This document shows positions 36,522 through 48,839 of a stretch of 64,000 nt of DNA, one piece after another. Positions within the stretch are counted from its first letter, which is position 1; each line of letters begins with the position of its first letter. The notes under the pieces were generated by a model that worked only from the letters and a program-made list of their open reading frames with translations, made no database searches and was not told where the DNA came from. Both the position numbers and the translations under genes were made by a program. Source of the stretch: Squalus acanthias (lineage: Eukaryota); contig CM059432.1 of the NCBI GenBank assembly GCA_030390025.1, positions 101,992,001-102,056,000 on the forward strand, written 5' to 3'.

Positions 36522-37632
36522 ATCAATGCTGGGGCCTCAACTTTTTACAATTTATATAAATGACTTGGATGAAGGGACCGAAGGTATGGTTGCTAAATTT
36601 GCTGAAGACACAAAGATAGGTAGGAAAGTAAATTGTGAAGAGGACATAAGGAGGCTACAAAGGGATATAGACAGGTTAAGTGAGTGGGCAAAGATCTGGC
36701 AAATGGAGTATAATGTGGGAAAATGTGAAGTTGTCCATTTTGGCAGGAAGAATAAAAAAGAAGCATATTATCTAAATGGTGAGAGATTGCAGAGCTCTGA
36801 AATGCAGAGGGATCTGGGTGTCCTCGTGCATGAATCGCAAAAGGTTACTATGCAGGTACAGCAAGTAATTAGGAAAGCTAATAGAATGTTATCGTTTATT
36901 GCGAGGGGAATTGAATACAAAAGTAGGGAGGTTATGCTTCAGTTATACAGGGCATTGGTGAGACCACATCTGGAGTACCTGTGTACAGTATTGGTCTCCT
37001 TATTTAAGGAAGGATGTAAATGCATTGGAAGCAGTTCAGAGAAGGTTTACTAGACTAATACCTGGAATGGGCGGGTTGTCTTATGAGGAAAGGTTGGACA
37101 GGCTAGGCTTGTATCCGCTTGCGCTTAGAAGAGCAAGAGGTGACTTGATTGAAACATATAAGATCCTGAGGGGTCTGGACAGGGTGGATGTGGAGAGGAT
37201 GTTTCCTCTTGTGGGAGAATCTAGAACTAGGGGTCACTGTTTAAAAATAAGGGGTCACCCATTTAAAATTGAGAGGTCGCACAACACCAGGTTATAGTCC
37301 AACAGTTTTATTTGAAATCACAAGCTTTCGGAGCTATCGATTGCTCCTTCCTCAGGTCATTTAGACAGAGATAAGGAGAAATTTTTTCTCACAGAAGGTG
37401 GTGAGTCTTTGGAACTCTCTTCCTCAGAGGACGGTGGAAGCAGAGTCTTTGAATATTTTTAAGGCAGAGGTAGATAGATTCTTGGTAAGCAAGAGGGTGA
37501 AAAATTATCAGGGGTAGGTGGGAATGTGGAGTAATCGAATTAGCCATGATCTTATTGAATGGCGGAGTAGGCTCGAAGGGCCGAGTGGCCTACTCCTGCT
37601 CCTAATTCGTATGTTCATATGCATATGTATGT
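36522..37632 (+). mobile_element. CR1 LINE 3' portion inserted into the PLE
   Basis: LGPQLFTIYINDL..KFAEDTKIG. TSD TCCTC at 36517-36521 and 37633-37637. Confidence 0.92.
37266..37357 (-). mobile_element. 92-bp PLE family A pLTR fragment inserted in CR1
   Basis: Matches 10312-10399. TSD CATTTA at 37260-37265 and 37358-37363. Confidence 0.85.
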
Positions 37633-37938
37633 TCCTCCCTTCCCACTGTCCAGGGCCCCAATCACTCCTTCCAGATGAAACAGCGATTTACTTGTACTTT
37701 TTGCAATTTAGTATACTGTATTTGCTGCTCACCTTGCGGTCTCTTCCACATTGGGGAGACCAAACGCAGATTAGGTGACTGCTTTGCGGAACACCTCTGT
37801 TCGGTCCACAGGCGTGACCCCGAGCTTCTGGTCGCCTGTCACTTTAATTCTCTGCTCCACTCCCACTTTGACCGCCCCATCCTTGGCCTCTTACACTGTT
37901 CCAACGAAGCTCAACGTACGCTCGAAGAACAGCACCTC

Positions 37939-38103
37939 GGGGGAAAAATTGAGTCACGCCCCCTTTGGGGCGCTAACTTCACCGGGGTGCTAAAAGTAGC
38001 ACCCTGAAAAAATTAGCACACCCGCGGCCGATTTTTCCAGGTCGCATCCCAAGAGGGAGGAGGGCACTAACAGGAGGCGAAAAACAACCAAATTTCCCCC
38101 CCC
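37939..38103. mobile_element. 165-bp Harbinger-type MITE (deletion derivative of the 42964-43855 family)
   Basis: GGGGGAAAAATT...AATTTCCCCC, TSD CTC. Both ends match 42964-43855 in opposite orientation. Confidence 0.82.
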
Positions 38104-38650
38104 CTCATCTTTTGATTAGGCTCTTTACAGCCTTCTGGACTCAACACCGAGTTCAAGAATTTCAGACCATAACCTCTGACATGAATCTTGTCATTCATGT
38201 ATGAAGTAATACTGGGCGGCCTGCTGGTGGCGCTGTGCAGGGAGAGTATAAATACTCGGGCATGGGCCCAGCTTGCTTAGGATATTCCTCAACAGCAACT
38301 AGTGAAGGCCACAACTAGATCTCCATGTTGAAAAACAGTTGACTAAAGCTTTGTTTAACGCTTAGACCAAGTGCCCAGTAGTTTTCTTACGTCAACCTCT
38401 ACCCCTATTTTTTCCACACGGCAGCTGTTGATGATTCTGCCATTCCCATTTACACCTCTTCTAGACTCATCTTTTGTTTCTTTACTTGTCCCATTACCAT
38501 CTCCTTTTGCCTAGCACCATCATTCCTTTTGTTATTTAATCTCTCCTGCCTTCCACCCTATCACAGACATTCTCTTTTGTTCTTTCCTCCCCTACCCCCT
38601 TTCCCTGCCCCTGCACTTGCTTAAAATCTGTTACATCTCTAACTTTTTCC

Positions 38651-38687
38651 AGTTCTGATGAAAGGTCATTGACCTGAAACGTTAACT
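38651..38687 (+). ncRNA. Minimal hammerhead ribozyme motif
   Basis: AGTT-CTGATGA-A-AGGTC-ATT-GACCT-GAAA-CG-TT-AACT. Confidence 0.78.
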
Positions 38688-38789
38688 CTGTTTCTCTCTC
38701 CACAGATGCTGCCTGACCTGCTGAGTATGTCCAGCATTTTCTGTTTTTATTTCAGATTTCCAGCATCCGCAGCATTTTGCTTTTACATA

Positions 38790-39600
38790 AGGATCTAGAC
38801 AGGTTGTGCTAAAAAGTGGGAGATGCTGTTTAATGTCGAGAAATGGAAACTCATAATGCTTGAGAAGGGAAACAAAAAATGGGAGTACAAAATGAATGGA
38901 AACAATCTATAGGAAACAACACAGGAGAAGGATTCAGGAGATTTAATAGGAAGCTTCCTTAATCAAACAGCAAAATATCCAGTCGCAGTGAAAAAGGTAA
39001 GATAGAAAGAGTGAGGGATACAGGATAGAATGCAGGAAGTGCCAATTAGTTTGCACACAGCACTAGTCTACCCTCAACCTCAAGTGTTCTGTATAGTTCA
39101 CTGTACTGCTGGTGGGAATGGTCATCCAGGCCTTTGAGGAAACCTGTGTTATTAGGAAAAATTATAGCTACTGGGATGTTTACATTGGGGAAAAAGGCTT
39201 AAAGCTGAACTTACTGAGAGAGCTAAAATCTCAAAGGGAATGGATTGCAAAGTGGTGTCCTATATTAACAGCAGCTCTAGGACAAGGGGGCATGGATTCA
39301 AACTTACATGAGAGAAGGTGATCACAGTAAATAGAGGGGAGAATTTCCTCAGGAATCTCCCAGCCTCTTGCTGTATCTTTGTTGGAAGCCCTGGAGAAAC
39401 CATGAAAATGGCTGTTTTTAACCAATTTCTCCGGGGCTTCCACTGATCTCCTGCCTGGCAACCCTCGGGGGAATGCCGAGCAATACTTTCTTTACGAACA
39501 GAGTAGTCAATATGTGGAATGAGAAGACAGAGCCAGAGGAGGAGAAGGAAGTTCAAAATTTCAAGAGGATGACAGATAAACTGAGGCGTGGGCCAAAGCA
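38790..39600 (+). mobile_element. Highly degraded CR1 fragment
   Basis: AAGTGGGAGATGCTGTTTAATGTCGAGAAATG and TTCTTTACGAACAGAGTAGTCAATATGTGGAAT resemble CR1 ORF2. Confidence 0.55.
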
Positions 39601-39689
39601 AGCACTGGTGGATGATGACCACTGAAACTGCTACCCACACCACTATCACTTCCCATCCAGATGACAAAAGTGACGGGGGTGGCGGGGGA

Positions 39690-40500
39690 AGGCAAAAATG
39701 GCTGGAGTCAGAGGACTGAAGGGTGCAGGAGGAGATAAAAGGCTGGAATTAGTATGTGACTGGATCTCAGCTGCTAGGTTTTGGTCAAGTTGGAGCTTGG
39801 AAGATGGGAGGCCCAGAAGGAGAGTCTTGGAATAGTCAGGAATTGAGGTGATAAAAGCATTGGATAAATGTTTCAGCCATGGAGGGGCTGAGTCTGTGAG
39901 GGAGGCAGACACTATTGTGGAAATAAGTGGCTTTGGTAATGGATAAAATGTTGCTTTGACGCTGAGCTCTGAGTCTTACAAACATCAAGGTTTTGCATGG
40001 TCTGGTTGAACCTGAGCAAGTGGTCAGGGAAGAGATTGGAATCATTTCAAGGAACACAGTTTATGGTGGGAGCGGAAAACAATAATGTTGGCCTTCCGAG
40101 CATTTAATTGGAAGAATGTATGATTCATCATGACTTGATATCAAACAGGCAGTCCAACAACACAGAGATGGTCACAGGATCAAGAGAGATGATGGAGAAG
40201 TAGAGTTGGGTGTCATCAGAAAATATATGGGAGCTGAACCCGTGCCTGTAGGTGATGCCACCAATGGGGCAGCATGTAGATGAGGAAGAGGATGGGCCCC
40301 AAGGATAGATCCTTGGGGGACTCTGGCAGCGACAGTTACAAAGAGAAACTATTGCTGGAGATCTGCTGACAGCATTTGAATAGGTAAAAGTTGAACCGTG
40401 CATGGACAGTCCCATTGAGCATGACAACAGAAAAGAGATAATGGATGAGGATCGCATCAAACACTGAGTTCAAGAAGGGATAGTGCATTATGGTCGCAGT
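39690..40500 (-). mobile_element. Degraded L2 RT fragment
   Basis: GFSSHIFSDDTQLY..DCLFDIKS and AFITS..DYS..LLLGLP on -. Confidence 0.72.
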
Positions 40501-40671
40501 TGTAAAGAATATGAACAATATCCAACATATTCTCACAAAGATTCATTCCCATCATTGCCTCATATTATTCAGCTAAAATGGCAAAATACTATCCTTTTAC
40601 ATGACAAATGATATTGCTCTCAACTATTAGCATCCTTATTCAGCATATTTGAAAATCAAATACCAAAGTAA

Positions 40672-42908
40672 GGCCTAGCAATTGGATAATGTTAAAAACC
40701 TGCTGGTGCCACCACAGGCCAGTGTTAACGGCTGCCAAAAATAGTGGTGCAGGCAGGACCGGTAAATTGACGCTGGTGGCTAATTAACATTCACCCAGCG
40801 TTTAACTTAGTGTGCAAGGCTGTTCTGGTAGTGTTCGTCCCAGAAGGAGGCTCCAATGTAACATGGGCGTAGCAACATTGCAGCAAGAACAGCCTTCTCT
40901 GAAAGCCAGGCTGTCATTTCAGAAAGCAGTTCGGTCTCTTAAAGGGGAACTGCCTTCAGAAAACGAATAAAATAAAAATCATGTAAAAATAGGCAGTTTT
41001 TAGCCCGTACAGCTCAACTGCCTTCTGAAAAAAATTAACATTAAAAAGAATTCCCAAATGGGGGTCTTCAGCTCTTAAGCTGAATTGCCTTCTGCACCTA
41101 AAAAGTATTGGAAAAGTGCTTCAGCACTAACACAAATGGATCAGAAAGCCAGGGAGGAGGCACCCAAGGTCTTGCACGCAACACTCCAGCTTTGTGCAGG
41201 GGGTCAACACTGCAAGAAAGGTCCTCTACCCACAGGGGCGAGGAGGCCCTCCAGTAAGAACAATGTGGGACCAGATCACTGAGGCCGGCAGTGTCGCCCG
41301 CACGACTTGGCTCCAGAAGAAGCTTCATGGTCTCAGACCACTGGTCAAGGTCAGTGAATGCATCGTTAAAAGCCGTCTCCTACCGACGGAATCACTGGCC
41401 TCACACACTGCTGAATGCACAACCCCCCCCCCCCCCCGCAATCACTCACCTACCAACAATCTGTACCAAACACGAGGGACGTCTCCCATTCCTAGCTTCA
41501 TCTCATCCCCTTGGAGGAAATGGTGCTGGCCATTCTTGGCAGGGACATGGCTGAGCCCTTGGCCAGCGGTGGGGCTAAAACAATACAAGATGCTGGTATC
41601 CTCATACGCTATCCTCCTTCTCGCATGCACCTCTTGCTTTCCTGCCCTCCATTCACCACAACTCCATCCTTGTGCCTTCCTCATTTCACACACCCAAGAA
41701 ATGCAGCCTGCCCAGCCAGTGGTTGATCAAGAAGAGGGAGAGGAGAGTGAAGAAGAAGAAACATCATCACTCGATTTCACACTCCCAGCCACCAGCTCCT
41801 CAAGGTCGACCAGCAAGGCCATTTGCAGTGTCCCCACTGAAAGTCAGCAGCCTTCCACCAGCCATGCTGCAGTCACTGGGGTAGCACTACTTGACATCAG
41901 TAAGATAGGCAAAGGCACACACAAGACAGTCACTAAGAGAATGCATAAGAGTGATGAGTTGTCATATTGGATGGATAGATGTATAAAGTTGGATTGGAAA
42001 GTTTGCTTTGTGGTGGCTTTTATTTCAGCATGGTGGCCAAGAGGACGCTGTGATGGTCAGTAACAGAGGGAAGGTAAGGTGTGGGACAAATGCTGAAAGG
42101 GTAATTGGGGTTGTGGTCACTGGGACCACAGGCAGATGATTCCATCCCAGGTATCCCAGCCAGAAAGGGGCTGTCTGGGTTGCATTCTTCTTTCTACTTC
42201 CTTCTCTTCTGCTTCCTCCTCTTCTGCTTCCTCCTCTTCCCTCTGCGAATGGATGCTGTAAATCTGAAATGACAGCATAAAATGCTGGAAATACCCAGCA
42301 GGTCAGCTAACATCCCAACCCAAGATGTGAACTCTGTTTCTCTCTCCACGGATGCTGCCTGACCTGCTGAGTATTTCCAGCATTTTCTGTCTTCTCAGAG
42401 GCCTTCCTTTACGATCCGAGGCTTTGCAAGCATCCAACAGCACTCACTGCACACTTAAAAAACTTTTAACATGTATTGCACTAAGCCAGTACTCCAATAA
42501 GATATAAAAAATCCAGTCCAAAAGCTTAAATGCAAACTTAAAAAAGCAAAATACTGAGGATGCTGGAAATCTGAATGCAAACTTACCTGAAAGATGTGTG
42601 TTTCCCTTTACGGAGTGCTGATAGCGTCTCTGTTAGTCTGATGAACGCTCGCATTTTAGAGCAAGCTTTGGACCCAGCGCCAAACTCAGCGCTAAGGTCA
42701 AAGTTCGCAGAGCGTGCTGTTAAGTCTGACGTCACGCTCTCCCCATTTGTATCTCCAGGGCCAGTGCTACTATCGGCATCGCTAAGGCCTTCACCAGAAT
42801 TGCGGCCACTAAGTCCCGTGCCAGAAAAGCGCATTAGAGCGGTGGCTGCCATTTTTCGCCAGGATAGCAGCTCAAACAGCTGGTACTAAAGTAGGGAATT
42901 TCTAGGCC
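40672..42908 (+). mobile_element. Non-autonomous PIF/Harbinger derivative, copy 3 (both ends present)
   Basis: TIRs GGCCTAGCAATT / AATTTCTAGGCC with canonical TAA TSD (40669-40671, 42909-42911). Myb/SANT remnant MDQKAREEAPK..MWDQITEA..QKKLHGL. Confidence 0.88.
42541..42573 (-). mobile_element. 33-bp PLE family B tail insertion
   Basis: Reverse complement of CAGATTTCCAGCATCC..TATTTTGCTTTT. 12-bp TSD AATGCAAACTTA at 42529-42540 and 42574-42585. Confidence 0.8.
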
Positions 42909-42963
42909 TAACTTTTCTTTGGTGCATTGACTGGTTTCTCAGTGAAAAGAAAGTGGAGTCTAC

Positions 42964-43855
42964 GGGGGAAAAATTTGGTTGCTTTGCGCCTCCCGTTAGC
43001 ACCCAGAGAGGGTGCTAATGGGGTGCAAAGCAACTAGTGCCCGGGCGCGGCAATGTTTGCGCCGCTTGCGAAATTGACCAGACATTTTGTGGCGGTGCTA
43101 AACACTACCGCCACGATCTCCTGCGCCCGCAGATCGTGACGTCAGTCGAGCATGCAACGCCCCGGTAGCGCCCCAGACCAGATATTGAGTGGCGCCTCTT
43201 GCCATTCCGCCTGCCGCTAGCAACGACAGGTTGAGGGGAATGTTTTGCAGTCGGGAACGAACTGGGGGAGTGTTATTTAAAGATGGCTGCTTCCTGCCTT
43301 TCTTGGTCGGCGACATTTTTGCACCACGCATTCTGAGAGAGAGAGAGAGACTTCTGGAGAGATTCAACACCGTGTGAAGGAGTTTTGGATACTGAGCAGC
43401 ACTTTGCAGGTTCATTTTGATTTGACCTTCCTTGCATCGATTTAGAAGAGACTGTGGGGGCTCGACTCTGAGCTCTTTCCCTGGGCCTCTCCATTGTTCT
43501 TTCCAGCAGAATCGATGTACAGGTCTCTCCAGGCTGAGATTCAAGGCTGCAATGAGCAGGGTGTGGCTGGAGAGCAAGATTGACCCTCCCCTTTAAGAAC
43601 TGGCCAGCGCCAGTGTGTCTGTGTTCCATTGGTGACTGACATCACATGAACTTCGTCAGCGCTCTGAGGTAGCGCATCGCTCCTCGGCGTTAGCGCCTTA
43701 AGAGAGGTGTGTAGCACCTGATTTAGCGCTCCAATCACCTCCAGGGACGATAGAAACCAAGTTTGCAGTCGGAGGCGATAATTAGCGCCAGGCGCTAAAC
43801 TTTGCGCCCGGCCAATAATTGTGCCCCAAACGGGGCGATACCGAATTTCTCCCCC
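42964..43855. mobile_element. Harbinger-type MITE (892 bp)
   Basis: TIRs GGGGGAAAAATTTGGT / ACCGAATTTCTCCCCC, TSD TAC. Subterminal TTAGCGCC-type repeats. Confidence 0.88.
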
Positions 43856-44431
43856 TACTTCTTTTGAGAGCATCTTCAAGTAATTTGAACTTGAACATTC
43901 TTGCTGTGGGGTACAGCCAGTCAATGCAGAACCACTTCCAGTCTCATTTCAATAAGGTTACAGGATTGGCTGACAAAAGAACAATTTTTGATGGGCGAGT
44001 GGGTTTCTCTATCATTGTTTATTCAACATTAGGAATATTCAAATCCAGCTACTTGAGCGCACTCACAGCAGAGGCAAACATTCCTTCCCACTCGCAGAGC
44101 AGGCAGTCAACGCATGACCAATTCAAGTTGTATATCAATCAGGTTACAAGACCTGCTGACAATAGAACCATTCTTCCACATTGAATAATTACAATACCCT
44201 GGGTAATCTGCAACAGCAAAGCAGTCCAAACAAGACGAGTGACCGCCATACCTCACGAGAGCTAAAAGTATTAATCTGTATTCATACTAAAACTGCCTTG
44301 TCCCATTGAAACTCTGTGATGAGACTTATAATGTGCCCATATTGAAGAGAAACTTTGGAAAGTGGCTTGAACTTCTTAGTATTCCTCCCCCTGCTTCAGA
44401 AACAGGAAGGAGAAGGAGAGAGTAATATAAG

Positions 44432-45430
44432 CCAGTGAGAGTTTTCTCCCCGATTCCCATTGACTTCAGTTTTACTAGGGCTCCTTGATTCCACACTCGG
44501 TCAAATGCTGCCTTGATGTCAAGGGCAGTCACTCTCACCTCACCTCTGGAATTCAGCTCCTTTGTCCATGTTTGGACTAAGGCTGTAATGAGGTCGGGGG
44601 CGGAGTGGTCCTGGTGAAACCCAAACTGGGCATCAGTGAGCAGGTTATTGGTGAGTAAGTGCCGCTTGATAGCACTGTCGATGACACCTTCCATCACTTT
44701 GCTGATGATTGAGAGTAGACTGATGGGGCGGTAATTGGCCGGATTGGATTTGTCCTGCTTTTTGTTGACAGGACATACCTGGGCAGTTTTCCACATTGTT
44801 GGATAGATGCCAGTGTTATAGCTAGTTCTGGAGCACAAGTCTTCAGCACGACAGTCGGGATGTTGTCGGGGCCTACAGCCTTTGCTGTATCCAGTGCACT
44901 CAGCCGTTTCTTGATATCAGCTGAAGACTAGCTTCTGTGATGGTGGGGACCTCAGGAGGAGGCCGATATGGATCATCCACTCGGCACTTCTGGCTGAAGA
45001 TGATTGCAAACGCTTCAGCTTTGTCTTTTGCACTCGTGTGCTGGGCTCCACCATCATTGAGGATGGGGATATTCATGGAGCCTCCCCCTCCCATTAATTG
45101 TTTAATGGTCCACCACCATTCACGACTGGAAGTGGCAGGATTGCAGAGCTTTGATCTGATCCGTTGATTGTGGGATCGCTTAGCCCTGTCTATAGCATGC
45201 TGCTTCTGCTTTTTAGCATGCATGTAGTCCTGTGTTGCAGCTTCACCAGGTTGGTACCTCATTTTTAGGTACGCCTGGTGCTGCTCCTGGCATGCTCTTC
45301 TGCACTCCTTATTGAACCAGGGTTGGTCCCCTGGCTTGATGGTAATGGTAGAGTGAGGGATATGCCGGGCCATGAGGTTACAGATTGTGGTGGAATACAA
45401 TTCTGCTGCTGATGGCCCACTGCACCTCAT
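44432..45430 (-). mobile_element. CR1/Jockey-group LINE ORF2 fragment
   Basis: QPWFNKEC, NYRPISLLSIISKVME, QFGF, LDIKAAFDRVW. Confidence 0.9.
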
Positions 45431-46822
45431 GTTTTTGGCACACAAAACACCAAGGCAGGAGTGCAACTTCAGAAATTCTATGCTTCAAAATCATCAGTCA
45501 GAGGAAGTAACCTCAACTTCACTTTCCCAACACTATAAATATTTAGCAGCCATGAAAGTCAAGTCAGACTGTCTGCTGCCAGTCTCCTTCCCCTGCTGCA
45601 ACTGAAGTGTTTTAGGGACATTTCACTGCACGCTTGGTCTTCATATAATACTATAAAATTAGCCATGTAAAATCTTCTCTTTAAAAGGGTTTTAAAAACT
45701 GTACATGGGCCAGTTTGCTTAAGCAGCAATTAGTGTGTGTATTGTTTAAACTTGAAGTATATTTTGCTTGCCTGATTTTAGCCTGTTTATAAATAGGAGA
45801 GCAAGTCAGGGTATAGCTAAGGGCCCCAAAACTGCTTTAGTTGCATTAAGAGGTAAGTGCTATTGTGAATTAACGTAGTTTTCATCAATCCACCGCCCTT
45901 TCATTCTAGCCTTGCTCCAGGTAACTCGATGAATGCACCTTTGACTTGCCTCCTTTTGGTGGTTGGGTCAGTGTAAAGTACACTCATTCACAATTCACAT
46001 ATTTGCCTGTGGATCTTTCCTCCTACCCGCGCCACCCACCACCCCCACCCCCGCCCACCCCCCGCCCCACCACCACCCTCAGATTAGCACAGAAATTCCC
46101 AATTGATTCAAATCAACATAAAAAACAACAACCGGAAAGGTGGATTCTGTTCTTTCCAGAGATGCAGCAACAAATAGGAGCCCAGATCACATGATTTTAA
46201 GTTAATTCCTTTTCCAATTGCTAATATAAATAATTATTACACTGACAAGTGAAAGTCAGAGCAGATAGATCTGCCTAACGAAGAATAAAACAGCAGCAAA
46301 TTCTGTACTCAATCATTTGTATAATAACTAAACCCATCTCTTGGGTCATATTTCCACCTGGGCCAATTTCGATGCGGTACTCGATAATATCTTGGTGGAT
46401 TTGTGTCCAAATAAAGTTTCCCAGTAGCCCAGTGTTATTTGCGTATTATGTCTTCTATAAAATTACAAGCATGGAAATCTCTCAGAGATTCAATAATGTA
46501 AACAGGTGCATATGCTAATTCTGCCAAATTCAACATCAGGCATTGTGAACTCAGCTTCTGAGATTAGATTAAGCCATTGAAACCCGACATTAGTTCTACA
46601 AGAGTAGTACACTAACGGCAACCATATCCTTAATTATAGAAACAAACAACCTTTTTTTCCAACTGAGATGTAAAATTCAGCTTGTGACTAATAGCCCAAT
46701 CATACCGTAGTTTGCACCGAAGTAGCATTGTTAGCTCATCACATTGTCACATAAACCACTGTATGAAAAGCAAATACCATTTCTCTCGGTGGGGAGTGGA
46801 GTCAGTGATCAAATGACATATT

Positions 46823-48320
46823 GACCCAGATTTTGTGGTCAGCAGGAAACGAACGCTGCCAGCTGTTCAGTAGATTTACACTTGCCCACAGACTTTCTCT
46901 GGGCTTTGGCACTGGAACTTGCGGTGATCCAAAATCCATTTCAGCGCGGCGCCCTCTGCAGGGAATCTTGGACCTGTGTGAACATGGCAAGCAACTGTGT
47001 ATCTCCTTAAACAACCAGGTTGATTAATCCTTACTGAGACATGTAGTGGGTAATTTTGTCTCTCAAAAATGGCTGGGTTTGGTTCGGGTCGGAGGTTAAA
47101 AAGCTAAAAATCTGAAAAAGGAACCCAACCCACCTCAAACACGTCCACTGTTTGACAAGGGGCGGGTGACCAATCTGCTCTCAGGAGGTGGGTTGGTATT
47201 TAAATATTTTAATGAGGCTGCATGCCTTCATTTTAACAGTGATTCTATTTTTTAACCATAGTTGCCCGGGTTTCCCAGGCTTCGGGAAACATTGCAGGTG
47301 AAAGGAGACGAGAAGAGCTGAATCCATGAGGTAAGTGCCTTTACAGCACTGCTTGTGGGCCAGGTGGAGCAAGAGTGTTCCCTCCAGGCCCAACAAGCCA
47401 TCTGCTCCTTGCTCACCTGATCACCATCTGTTTTCCACCCTCCCCCCAAGATCGGACTCCCGCCCGACCACCAACTGCTCCCTCCGACCACCATCTTCCC
47501 CCCCTCCGTGATCGGATCCCCCTCCCACCACGATCGGAACCCCCGCCCGACCACCAACTGCTCCCCCGACCACCATCTTCCCCCCCCACTGTGATCGGAT
47601 CGCCCTCCCACCACGATCGGAACCCCCGACCACCATCTGCCCCCCCACCATGATCAGATCCCCCTCCCCCCACGATCGCACCCCCCGACCACCATCTGGC
47701 CCCCCCCACCATGATCAGATCCCCCTCCCCCCACGATCACACCCCCCCGACCACCATCTGCCCACTCACCGTGATTGGAACACTCTCCCACCATGATCGC
47801 ACCCCCCGACCACCATCTGCTTCCCCCCGCCACGCCCCCGCGATCGAACCCGCCCCAATCAGGGCCGCAGAATCTGAACTAGAAAGTTCAAGTTAGAATC
47901 GTTAATTCAATGCTGAATCATGTACAGAAAGTGAAGTAAAGAGAGGGAAAGAAAGATGGGATTAAGAGAGTGAGATAAAAGAGACAGAAATAATTTTTTT
48001 TTAATTTAATAAAAAATTATAAGATGGAATTATAAAAGTTAATTTTCAGTGCCAGTGAGGTTGTTTGGCAGTAATTAAGACTTATCATGCTGTTAAAAAT
48101 TTACTTACACTGGAATGGACAAGCCCTAACTTTTTCTCCAATGTTTAGTGGGTATCTATCACGTAAGTACAGCAACTTCACGCCCTTCCAAGTATTTGAA
48201 TGATGAGTCTCTCGGTGAGATACTGTCACAGCACAACTTGTGGAGGAGCAGGGCAACTCGGACAGCAACTTCCTGAATTCTGCATTTAATTGTACATGTG
48301 CAGTTGCCGGAGGTTGCTGT
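46823..48320. mobile_element. Non-autonomous DNA transposon (family of 2200-2914) with a nested element at ~47045-47880
   Basis: Left end GACCCAGATTTTG resembles the reverse complement of 2899-2914. GAGAGGGAAAGAAA..GGATTAAGAG is shared with 2480-2510. Confidence 0.5.
47420..47860. repeat. C-rich minisatellite
   Basis: Repeated CCGACCACCATCT and GATCGG/GATCAG-CCCCTCCC subunits with a period of roughly 50-80 bp. Confidence 0.9.
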
Positions 48321-48839
48321 TCTTTTTTTTTGCTTCGTTCATATGATGTGGGCGTCGCTGGCAAGGCCATCATTTATTACACATCCCGAAATGTCCTTCA
48401 GAAGATGGTGGTGAGCCGCCTTCATGAACTGCAGAGGACAGTTAAGAGTCAACCACATTGCTGTGGGTCTGGAGTCACATATAGGCCAGACCAGGTAAGG
48501 ACGGCAGATTTGCACACAGCAAGCTCCCACAAATAGCAATGTGATAATGACCAGACAATCTGTTTTTTTTGTTAAGTCGATTGAGGGATAAATATTAACC
48601 AGGACACCGGGGATAACTCCCCTGCTCTTCTTCAAAATAGTGCCATGGGATCTTTTACATCCACTTGAGAGAACAGACAGGGCCTCAGTTTAATGTCTCA
48701 TCTGAAAAGCAGCACCTCTGACAATGCAGCGCTCCCTCAGCACTGCACTGGAATATCAGTCTAGATTTTTGTGCTCAAGTCCCTGGAGTAGGACTTGAAC
48801 CCACAACCTTCTGACTCAGAAGCGAGAATGCTACCCACT

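Larger units (their letters stand above)
35860..38785 (+). mobile_element. Penelope-like element (family B), 5'-truncated, interrupted by CR1, a PLE-A fragment and a MITE
   Basis: LDFSVSI..TNIHYKPTDSHSYL..SSHP..LRRICS, CKCRRCNTC, then NLVYCICC..HIGETKRRL..EHL (GIY-YIG) after the CR1. 3' pLTR carries a hammerhead. Confidence 0.9.

Noticed and set aside
41194..42063. 289-aa ORF as a host MSANTD-like gene
   Set aside because: Lies within a TIR/TSD-bounded repeat, reads through probable introns, and is frameshifted in the sister copies.
43914..43972. Y RNA (TTGACTGGCT 3' motif on -) or SECIS
   Set aside because: Lacks the GGCTGGTCCG 5' end, Pol III terminator and AUGA/GA quartet geometry.
47420..47860. 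CRISPR-like array
   Set aside because: No unique spacers or cas genes; it is a eukaryotic minisatellite.
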